Shown here piece after piece: positions 53,404 through 64,000 of a stretch of DNA of 64,000 bases. Location of the stretch: assembly GCF_006345805.1 (NCBI RefSeq), contig NC_043000.1:109926001-109990000 (forward strand). Direction: 5' to 3'. Every line of letters starts with the position of its first letter. Position 1 is the first letter of the stretch. Position numbers and translations under genes: made by a program. The DNA comes from Octopus sinensis. Its lineage: Eukaryota. Under the pieces are notes generated by a model, which was not told where the DNA came from, ran no database searches, and saw only the letters and a program-made list of their open reading frames with translations.

Positions 53404-54130
53404 ATCATCATCATCATACGTCTGTTTTCCAGTCTGGCATGGGTTGGATGCTTTCACTGAAAAACTGGTAAGCTGGGGAGCTGCACCAGGTTCCAATCTG
53501 ATTTGGCATGGTTTCCACAGTCGGTTGCCCTTCCTAACACCAACCACTCCAAGAGTGTAAGGGGTGCTTTGTACATGCCACCAGCACAGGGGCTAGTTAT
53601 GAAACACCAGCATCAGCCATCACTATCGTCTCACTTGGTTTGACAGGTCTTCTCCTCAAGCACAATATCACTTATCACTACCTGTGTAAGGCCTAAAGTT
53701 CGAAGGGTGCCTTTTACATGCCACACCTGCACGAGGGCCAGTCACACAATACTAGCATTGGCCACAGCAATGATTCCACTTAATTTGATGGGTCTTCTCA
53801 AGCACAGCATATTGCCAAAGGTCTCGGTCACTTGTCATTGCCTCCATGAGGCCCAACGTTTGAAGATCATGCTTCATCACCTCATCCCATATCTTCCTGG
53901 GTCTACCTCTTCCACAAGTTCCCTCCACAACTAAAGATTGACTCTTCTTTGCACAGCTGTCCTCATCCATACACATTACCTAACCATTCCAGTGCAGTCG
54001 TCTCTCTTGCACACCACATCTAATACCTTTTATCTCCAACTTTTCTCTCAAGATACTCACACCCTATCAGCCATGTACACTGACATTGCATATCCAGTGA
54101 AGCAAGTATGCTTCATTTCTTTCAAGCCTT
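53404..54130 (-). mobile_element. 5'-truncated, diverged RTE copy (ORF C-terminus, 3' UTR and GAT tail)
   Basis: VVEGTCGRGRPRKIWDEVMKHDLQTLGL matches the end of the 18866 ORF; (cat)n tail at 53404. Confidence 0.88.
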
Positions 54131-54145
54131 CACACGTCCTCGGTT

Positions 54146-54200
<55 letters not shown>

Positions 54201-54295
54201 ATATTATATATATATATATATAATGTGACCGCGTGTGTACTGTTGGCGATTTTTTTTCCTCCGTCTTCCCTTCTCTGGATCTTTCCTTCTCCTAT

Positions 54296-54330
54296 GTTTC
54301 CGACGAAGAGCACCGCTCGAAACGTTAAAC
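54296..54330 (+). ncRNA. Minimal hammerhead motif (CCGANGA variant, loopless stem III) in a ~200 bp TA-flanked element (54222-54418)
   Basis: GTTT-CCGACGA-A-GAGC(ACC)GCTC-GAAAC-GTT^AAAC: stem I GTTT/AAAC, 4 bp stem II, palindromic ACGT. Confidence 0.65.
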
Positions 54331-54704
54331 CCTCCTTCTTTCCTGAGCGTCCAATAATACTATATTTGTTCCACGTCCTCGCGTTGTGTTTTTTTGTGCT
54401 TTCTTGTTTGGATTAACTTTATATAATATATATATATATCTTTATATATGTAAAACTGAGAATGTGTGTGTGTCTGTCTGTCTGTGTGTTTCCCTAAAAC
54501 TTGAGAACTTCACAACCAATTTCATTAAAATTTTACACATGCCTTACTTATGGTCCGGGGAGTGTCATGGGCAAAACAAAATGTTCAACTTCTTGCCTAG
54601 AGCGAGCCCATAGCAATATCATATCTTCTCCACTATTTCAGTATTACGTGTTAAAAGTGAAACAAAAACATTTCTCTATTTTATGTCAGATACTTTCACT
54701 TTAA

Positions 54705-55430
54705 CCCTTTCGTTACCAAACCGCCTGAAAAAAATTTTGGTTAATGTGACCAAACCACCCAAAGCCACCCGAATTTACCTATTCATATTTAAATGAGAAT
54801 ATCAGAGTAAATCTCTTTAGTACATTCGTGAAAATACGTATTATACTTCGTAAAGAGTTCAACTACAGTTTTGTACAAAAATTGAAGTGTAATTTTAATT
54901 CCGTGAATTTTGGGAGATTTTTTTTCCGAAATTTGTTCCTATTGTGTTTTCAAAATTTGTAATTCTGACAAAAAATGGATACGAATTTCATTATATCAAG
55001 CAGCGAGTCAGAATTCGAAGGATTTTCTACTGAAGACCTTCATAAATCTAACTCTATGACTGAAAAAAAAAGCATGTGGTATTTGATAATGAATCTGATG
55101 TTTCATTTTCCGAAAGTGAAAACAGTGATTCCGAGAGCTCCGACAGCGATAAAGAAAATGAATTGGCACCTGAATGGAGTGAAAATTAAAAAACTGTTTG
55201 TTTCGGTGATTTTTCCGAAGAAACTGGACCAAGCCACAGACTTTCCCAGACTTTCTTTTTACTTTTTCGAATGAGCCTATTTGAAATCATTACAACGGAA
55301 ACGAACCGTTACGCTAAACGTAAACAAAGCAAAAGAAAGGATAGTTAGTGGTTTCCCACAACCTTAAATGAAATTAAAACTATTTTGCCATAAATATTAT
55401 TATGGGTATCAGAAAGTTACCCAGAATAAG
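54705..55430 (+). mobile_element. piggyBac left end with an N-terminal transposase remnant
   Basis: TTAA at 54701-54704 then TIR CCCTTTCGTTACC. Acidic N-terminus followed by EIITTETNRYAK...WFPTTLNEIK...IMGIRKLP, frameshifted. Confidence 0.85.
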
Positions 55431-55570
55431 CATTTAGGTGCAGGAGTGACTGTGTGGTAAGAAGCTTGCTTCCCAACCACATGGTTCCAGGTTAGTGGAA
55501 CTGAACCTGGAACCATGTGGTTGGGAAGCAAGCTTCTTACCACACAGCCATGGCTGCACCTAAATGCTTA
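55427..55570. repeat. Fold-back inversion of a SINE A head plus flank
   Basis: 44 bp perfect stem (55450-55493 with 55504-55547) plus a 17 bp outer stem (55427-55443 with 55554-55570). Confidence 0.92.
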
Positions 55571-56563
55571 TAATTACTTTTATTGTAGCACCTTGGGCAC
55601 ATTTCTTCTATTGGAGCCTTAAGCCGACCAAAGCCTTGTGAGTGGATTTAGTAGACAGAAACTGAAAGAAGCCTATCGTGTATATATTTAAGTATGTGTG
55701 TGTGTGTGCGTGCCTGTGTGTTCCCCCACCATTGCTTGACAATCGATGTTGGTGTGTTTACGTCACTGTCACTTAGTGGTTCAGCAAAAGTGACTGATAG
55801 AATAAGTTCTGGGCTTAAAAGAATAAGTCCTGAGGTCGATTAGTTCAACTAAAGGCAGTGCTGCAGCATGGCCACAGTCAAATGACTGAGACAAATAAAA
55901 GAAAACAATAAAAAAAATTAAGATATTAAAATACAAATGAATGGTACAAAATATTTCAGTTGTATTTATAAATGACTTTAGCTGACTTGAACTTAGGTTT
56001 ACTAAACGCTCTTTAGAAAGTGTCCCCTGTTATAACCTCTTACTGACCAAAGCCTTGTGAGTGGATTTGAAACTGAAAGAAGCCCATCATGTGTGGGAGC
56101 GTTTGTGTCTCCTTGTCTTGACATCACAGGAGAACTGTAAATGAATGTCATTCATTTCCATTATTCTGCAAAAACATGTCCAGCCGAGGTGGGGGTCTTA
56201 CCTTGATGAGAAGTGAGTGAGGGTTGGCGACAGAAAGGGTGGCTGACGATAGAAAAACCTGTCTTAATGAACTTCTTCCAACTCTTACAAAAACAGGAAA
56301 ATGGACATCAAAACGGTGATGTGGATTTGTAACTGGTAAAATTGACCCCAATATGTTACTGGTACTTACTGTATTAAACCCAGGATGATAATAAAATAAA
56401 CTTTGATCCCAAAAGATTTTGAACTCAGAATTTTTAGAAGGAGGAAATCAAACTGAACAAAGCATGCAGTTTGGTGCTTTAGTATTTTTGCTGCTTCTCT
56501 GTCTTGATTAGGTTAATTAATTAATTTTTAATTACTATATTGTTGATTTTTTTTTTCTCTTAG

Positions 56564-56859
56564 GAACTTCTTTGGTATCTACCTCCTCAGAAAGACCTAC
56601 AGTAGCTGGCTCCACATCCACTATCAGAAGTGTCCTAGCAAATTCCACTGTTACCACAACTACCATTTCCAGCCATCCCAATGCTACTGACCAGTCTAGT
56701 TCCCTGAATCAGTCCAGGACCGTCAGTATGTCCACAAACTCTAGTCTGTCCAGTATCTCTACAACCACCAGTTCTTCCAATACTTCAAGTACCCCCAGTC
56801 CGGTCAGCATTTCTAGTATGGCTACAAAAAAAGATGTTACCTCTGGAACTAAAATTAAG
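56564..56859 (+). CDS. Internal exon (296 nt, phase 1-0), mucin-like Ser/Thr-rich stalk
   Basis: Strong polypyrimidine acceptor ttttttttctcttag|GA and donor AAG|gtaaaa. Open frame (G)TSLVSTSSERPTV...DVTSGTKIK joins in frame to the 45746 donor; 5 N-x-S/T sequons. Confidence 0.88.
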
Positions 56860-57744
56860 GTAAAAACATTTTTCAGCCAAACTTAATTGGCAATTTAATT
56901 TAAAAAATTTTTTGTCTATTTCTAATTTTCCGTCAATGTCTATTTTCTATGGAAATGTAACATCAAATAGTGATGATGATGTTTGATTTGTGATGTTAAA
57001 ATGTTGTACTGCACACTTAAAGATCATAAGTTCAAGAGAAAACGTGAAATACAAGAAAGTCTGATATGGTAAACAGTTCTCCTAAATGGAATTCCAATCA
57101 ATTGTGGAAGAATTTGAGCCTAGTAACTGCTCAAATAAGGCAAATTCTAAAGCTTCATTATCTTGTTGCAATGTCATTGGACTGCTACCAAGCTGGAGTA
57201 CCATCTTGAAGGGTTTCAGTTGAACAATCACCACCAGGACTTATCTTTAAGTCTGATATTCATTCTATCAGTCGTATTTGGCAAATTGTTGGGTTACAGA
57301 GATGTAAACAAACCAACACTGGTTGTCAAGTGATGGTGGGGTGTGGGTGACAAACACACATACACAGCAGGCTTTCACTCAGTTTCCATTGATCACAAGA
57401 CAATGGTTGGTCAAGGGCTGTAGTGATAATGGTGGTGGGGCGAGCTGGCAGAAACATTAGCACACCAGACGAAATGCTTAGTGGTATTTCGTCTGCCGTT
57501 ACCTTCTGAGTTCAAATTCCGCCAAGGTCTTCTTTGCTTTTCATCCTTTCGGGGTCGATAAATTAAGTACCAATTATGCACTGGGGTCGATATAATCAAC
57601 TTAATCCCTATGTCTGTCCTTGTATGTATAATCAACTTAATCCCTATGTCTGTCCTCTGTGTTTGTCCCCTTGTGGGTAATAAAGAAATAGGTATGGGGG
57701 TGGGGGTGGGGGCATGCGCTGTGACAGTGCATTGCTGCATTCAT

Positions 57745-58185
57745 TATTTCTTGATGATTCCAGGTAAGCAGGGTCCAACTTTGAAAACCAATCAACATGG
57801 CCAAATGGTCTGCGCTGATGCTCCCAAATTATACAAGTAACGGGACGCATCTCTGTTTCTGAGTTGAGTCATTGTTTGGATACAAAATCCAAAGAATGGT
57901 GAGCCATAATCCTGCAAAATGTCCTGGAACCGAAGGAGTTCAGGTGACTTGCAAGAGCCCTGGACAGCGTCCAGGTCTCACAACTATGGAGCAGGACAAG
58001 AAGGATAAGAGAGTTAAACACCCAAGCCTTTGTCCTCTTGCTTAGATATCGGCAGCACCAAATACACTTGTTGAATTAGTCCACAATTGCACCAGCTTGT
58101 CCAAGTGTTTTAGGACTTCAGACTCACAGCTAATGCCACTATGAATCTCACTGCCAAGATAAGTGGAGCAGTCAACAAGTTGTTG
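57745..58185 (-). mobile_element. Degenerate RTE RT fragment
   Basis: Minus strand TYLGSEI...RTKAWVFNSLILLVLLHSCETWTL...PFGHV with in-frame stops. Confidence 0.75.
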
Positions 58186-58306
58186 TTGTTGTTGTTAGTC
58201 TACCAATTGTGTTTTCTTGTGGAACCAACAGCAAAGGGTTTACTCAGTTCTTGACAACAGCTAAGAGTCTTCTCAACCTGTACAAGCATAGGAAACTTAT
58301 ATTAGA

Positions 58307-58832
58307 CTAGCAGTATCGCCCAGCATTGCTCGGGTTTGTAAGGGAAATAACTATATAAGCATTTTTAGAGAGTTATAGCAAAAAAATGCATTAAAAATGG
58401 AATAAAAAATGATGGTAATTTTTTTTTTAAATCGTAGACTCATGTAGACGCTTTCTTAGCCATTTCTGTTTTGGTGTCTTCAAGCCATGAAGTCGTTGTT
58501 CTAAAAGAACGCTGGTCTCCTTGACAACGCATTACGGCGTTGATTTCCTTACACTCCCTTCCCCACAGGTGCAGGTGTGAGCGTGGACGCCAACTCCGCC
58601 GCCATCGACACATGAAAAATTATGCATTAAAATGGAATAAAAAATGATGTTAAATTATTTTTAAAATCGTAGACTCATCGTAGACGCGCGCTAATACTCA
58701 GACGGGCTCGATATGAATCACGACTATAAGATACCCGAATTTGGTTAAACTGCACCGCAAAATGTGGGAGTAGTTAGGAATCTAAATCGAAGGGGACAGA
58801 CACTCACACAACTACAGTTTTATATATATAGA
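58307..58832 (-). mobile_element. Non-autonomous Helitron-like element
   Basis: The minus strand starts A|TCTATATATATAAAA and ends with a GC-rich hairpin then CTAG|T; internal ~65 bp direct repeat. Confidence 0.75.
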
Positions 58833-61687
58833 TGATGGATATGAGCTCTGGTAAATGGATTGGAATTTGTGGTTTAGCTACACCTCCCATCATGAGAAAA
58901 TTAATATGACATATAGTGGGTGTATCACATGCAAAGAAATTCTTCCAAACTCTTGGAATATTATTAGATCATTTGTCATCATCATCATCGTTGTTTAACG
59001 TCTGCTTTCCATGCTGGCATGGGTTAGATGGTTTGACTGAGAACTGGTAAGCCGAGAGGCTGCACCAGGCCCCAATCTGATTTGTCATGGTTTCTACAGC
59101 TGGATGCCCTTCCTAACACCGACCACTCTGTGAACATGGTGGGTGCTTTTTATGTGCCACCGGCACAGGTGCCAATGGTAACGGCCATACTTGAATAGTG
59201 CTTTTTATGTGCCAGTCAGGTGGCACTGGCATCATTGTCTAAATAAATTTATTGAAGACACTTTGAAAAAAAAAAAACAGAAATGGATGAAAGGGATGTG
59301 TAGACACTTGCCAGTTATAAAGTTTACAGCTTCTGTTAATCTATGGAATGAAGCTATCCTTATTAAATATTTAAGAACTGCAACCACAAATCCACAAATA
59401 TGAGCAAATTATGAACCCTGAATCTTTTAATGGATCGTTAACATCACATCCTACTCATTTTGCTATGCTAAGCATAAATGTTTAGATTCTGGTCCATTCA
59501 AAATATTTTCAAGTATTGCTGTGTATTATTCAGGTCACTGCCTGGAATTGAACTTGAAATCTTGGGGTTAGTAGCCTGTGCTCTTAACCATTACACCATA
59601 CTCCATGGGCAGGAGGGTATATCAGCCGAAACATTGTATTAACAACAAACAAGACAAGGACAAATATCCATCAAATGTAAATGATGTATTGCTGTGTAGT
59701 TTAGAAGTTTTGCGTTCTGTCCCTGTGTGTGTGGCAGTTTAGCTAAGTGTTTTTTGCTATGGCCCTGGGCTGACCAATGGCATGTGAAAGAATTTGGTGG
59801 GCAGAAATTGCAGGGTTATCTTGTGCGGGTGTATCAATGTTTATATATTCCACTCTTATCGCCATCAGAGCAAAGTGGTGCTGATATTGACCCAATAATT
59901 GGTACTTCTGTGCTTTCAAAAACCTCTGGAATGAAGAAGACATCCCTCTCTTACAAAACATGAGTGTTGGTGACAGGAGAAGCATCCAACCCTAAAATCC
60001 TGCCTCACTTAAACTCATGCTAGTCTGTAAAAGTTTGTCATGAACCCTGGGACTCCTAAGACCAAAGCTTCACTCAGTTTCCATGGTGTACAAATGACTG
60101 AGATTACAGTTCTCTGCCGTGAACAAGATGCCAGTCTGTTGCAAGATAAACTTCAGCTGTTACTGGAACTCATGGATACCTGACTGGACGGGGGGGGGGG
60201 GCATAAAATGAAGTGTTTTTCCCATGGACACGACACACTGCACTCTGACAATTGTGAGTGCAACTTCATCATCATCATTTAATGTCCGTTTTCCATGCTA
60301 GCACGGGTTGGACAGTTCGACCAGGGTCTGGGAAGCCAGGAGGGTGCACCAGGCTCCAGTTTGATCTGACAATGTTTCTACAGCTGGATGCTCTTCCTAA
60401 TGCCAACCACTCCGAGAGTGTAGTGGATGCTTTTTACGTGCCAGGGAAGGCTGGCAGTGGCCACGATCGGTTGGTGCTTTTTACATGCCACTGGCACAGA
60501 AGCCAGTCAAGGCAGCGCTGGCATTGGCCACGTTCGAATGGTGCTTTTTATGTGCCACTGGCACAGGTATCAAAACTCTTACCATTAAACCACACACCTT
60601 TAATCTGGAAAAAAAAAAGCAGGTATTGGTTGAATTAATGAGTGAATGGAAGCCAAGATATTGAATAAATATCATATCGCTTTGATGTTGTTTTTGTTTT
60701 ACTCCAGGTCAACTTAAATCAAACAGTCCTATCCTCAAAAAGATCTTCCAGCTATTACCATTTTGTCGTATTCAGACATTGTGTATTTAGGACTACGTTA
60801 TTTTGTGTCTCATTCATTTTTTTAGACGCTATAAAATGCTTTCAGTGAGATCGTTAACAACTTGAACAACCTAACATAATCTTGCTCATTATGTTTTGTA
60901 ATGGCTTTCATGACATTTAATCCAAGTAAGCGCCACAATCTTATGTAATTTGCCTTAGTTTTAGGTTAAGAACAGAACAATTCTAAACCCCAATTTAACA
61001 AGAAATCTCTTCACTAAAAATATATCTCCATATTTGAAAATATATTTTTATGATGTGTATAGGTGATTCATTTAGCATAAATAATTGCTAACTCCAGGTG
61101 TTTTACCTTACAGAACAATCTTTAATGCTCATCATCATTATTTATCACTTCACAGTCACAACTGATTCAATCTACCCTAAAGGTGAATAGCCATGTAGCT
61201 CCTGTTGGGACAAGTGAAATCGAAATTGAACCAAATTCGATGACTGGCATCCATGCCAGTGGAGCGCTAACAGCTCCATCCGAGCGGGATCGCTGCCAGG
61301 GCAGCTGTCTGGCTTCTGTGCCTGTAGGCACGTAAAAAGCACCATTTGAACGGGATTGTTACCAGCGTCGCTTTACTGGCACGTGAACAAAACATTCGGG
61401 CGAGGTCATTGCCAGTGCCGTTACACCGACTCCTGTGCAGGTGGCATGTAAAGAAACACCATTTCGAGCGTGGATGTAGCCAGTACTGCCAGACTGGCCC
61501 TCGTGCAGGTGGCACGTAAAAGCACCCACTGCACTCTTGGAGTGATTGGCATTAGGAAGGGCATCCGGTTGTGGAAACTCTGCCAGATCAGATTGGAGCC
61601 TGGCACAGCCATCTGGTTCGTCAGTCCTCAGTCAGATCATTCAACCCATGCTAGCATGGAATGCGGACGTTAAAGGATGATGATGAT

Positions 61688-61724
<37 letters not shown>

Positions 61725-62898
61725 TGTACTTGAGGAGACCCTGTGTTTGAGGAGACCTATTGAGTCAAGTACATCAACATCAAAACTCAAATGGAAATTG
61801 TAGTTGTGATACCTGTGCCGGTGGCACATAAAAAGCACTTGGAGTGGTTGGCATTAGGAAGGGCATCCAGCTGTAGAAACACTGCCAGATCAAATTGGAC
61901 ACTGGTGATGCCTTCTGGCTTCCCAGACCCCGGTCGAACTGTCCAGCCCGTGCCAGCATAGAAAACGGACGTTAAACGATGATGATGGTGATATACATAC
62001 CATCATCATTTAACTTTCATTGTCCCTGGGCTGGACAGTTTGACCAGGATTGGCAATAGCTATGTGCTTCCTTGTCTTGTCATTGTATGGTAGTTGTAAA
62101 TGAATGTCACATGCATACAGTAAGGAAACAGGTGAGGGTTGGCAGCTGGAAAAGCACCCAGCTGTAGGGAAATCTGCCTCAATAAACTCAGTCGGACCCA
62201 TGCAAGCGTGGAAGAAAGTGAATGTTAAAACGATGATGATTATGACAATGAGATTGATAAGTTTTTATTTGCAATTCAGATCAGAAAATATTTCGCTTCA
62301 CAGATAACACAAGGTCAAAACCCTTAATTTTTAGATCTCTTTGACATATTTCTCAATTGTTTTCTTTTTTTTCACATCTTATATTTGACAAATAAAGGGA
62401 CTCAGGACTGGTTTTAGTATTGAAGGAGCACCAAGCAGTAATAATATACTAATTTTGACATAAATTACCAACTAATTGACTTAAAGTGATTTGGTGGGGA
62501 GATGGGGAGGAACCAGTAAGTTTGGCAGGGACTCAGTTGTATGCCCATTGTGGTGTGAGGGCCTCAGTCATGATGTGCTCTCATTGCTGAGTGGATCATC
62601 TTGAGCACTGTGTGCTGTTGATCATCTTCAGCATCATTCAGCCTTGTCTGCCTCACCCCACATCATTCTAGCTCTTAGTCACACACACACACACACACAC
62701 TAAATATCACATACTCATACATGAGCACACATTCTCCTACTCACATGTGCACGCGCGCTCACGCACACAAACACACACACTCACACACACATTACTAGAA
62801 ATTCATGTAGGGGTTGTTTGTTTTGGTTTGGTAAAAATATTTCTCCAAGACGCCCCACCCCCCCGTACTCTAATAATAATGTTCTTCTAATCTTGTAG

Positions 62899-62959
62899 GT
62901 TACTACATCTCAGAATGCCACTGATTCCATAGTTACAACAACCAAAGCAGTGCCAATAT
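62899..62959 (+). CDS. Internal exon (61 nt, phase 0-1) continuing the Thr-rich stalk
   Basis: Acceptor ttctaatcttgtag|GTT and donor T|gtaagt. VTTSQNATDSIVTTTKAVPI is in phase with the 56859 donor; 1 sequon. Confidence 0.8.
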
Positions 62960-64000
62960 GTAAGTACTTACCATTCTCTTGAAGTTGTTGGTCTGTTTGC
63001 ATTCCACAGTGAAATGATAGGACAAGGTATGTGCATGTGTGTGTGTGTGTGTACAATTCGCACTTATACATATACTCTTTACTCTTTTACTTGTTTCAGT
63101 CATCTGACCGCGGCCATGCTGGAGCACCGCCTTTTAATCGAGCAACTCGACCCCCAGGACTTATTCTTTTTGTAAGCCCAGTACTTATTCTATCGGTCTT
63201 TTTTGCCGAACCGCTAAGTAACGGGGATATAAACACACCACCATCGGTTGTCAAGCAATGCTAGGGGGACAAACACAGACACACAAACACACACACGCAT
63301 ATATATATATATATATATATACGACGGGCTTCTTTCAGTTTCCGTCTACCAAATCCACTCACAAGGCTTTGGTCGGCCCAAGGCTGTAGTAGAAGACACT
63401 TGCCCAAGGTGCCACGCAGTGGGACTGAACCCGGAACCATGTGGTTGGTAAACAAGCTACTTACCACACAGCCACTCCTGCATGTGTCAAAACTTGAAAA
63501 TGTGTGTGTGTGCATGTGTACGCATGTGTATATAAACTCGCATTTGTATGTGTATAAAAAAAAGTATGTATATTTGTGTGTGTGTGCATGTGTACAAACT
63601 CACAAAGGTGTATGTGTGTGTATGCACAAAAGGTGTTGCTCCTTTCACCATCTGTGATGGCTATTCAGCTAGTTACATTTATCCCTTCGTAGTTAAAAGA
63701 TTAAATCACGATCAAAAATGGAAATTATAATTGTGGCCAATGCCAGTGTCACCTGACTGGTTCTCATACTGGTGGCATGCAATAGGCACCATTCATGTGT
63801 GGGTCATTGCCAGTGCCGCCTGACTGGCTCCTCATGCCGGTGGCATGTAAAAAGCACCATCCAAATGTGGTCAATGCCAGACCCCTCGCCCTGACTGGCT
63901 CCTGTGCTGGTAGCACGTAGAAGGCACCATCTGAATGTAGCTATTGCCAGTGCTGCTTGACTGGCTCCTCATGCCGGTGGCATGTAAAAGGTACCTGCTA

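Overview
Eukaryotic, AT-rich and very repeat-dense genomic DNA. The SINE/RTE repeat families and (TA)n/(CA)n/(CT)n microsatellites look like Octopus (inference, no search run). Three in-phase + strand exons (45540-45746, 56564-56859, 62899-62959) encode an EGF-like six-Cys module and a Ser/Thr-rich, N-glycosylated stalk of an extracellular protein, possibly KIAA0319-like. The rest is intronic or intergenic. It holds a 5'-truncated RTE LINE with one frameshift (16713-21746, minus strand) carrying a PHD-like finger and a six-unit tandem 3' UTR array, more than 20 short copies of RTE 3' ends, three tRNA-derived SINE families, piggyBac, Tc1, CR1 and Helitron-like remnants, and microsatellite-bounded tandem duplications. 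The most notable signal is a set of short elements inserted in (TA)n that fold into minimal type I hammerhead ribozymes of the Penelope-associated kind (28949-28999 with a mirror copy, 42339-42409, 54296-54330). Repeat boundaries are read by eye and approximate unless stated.
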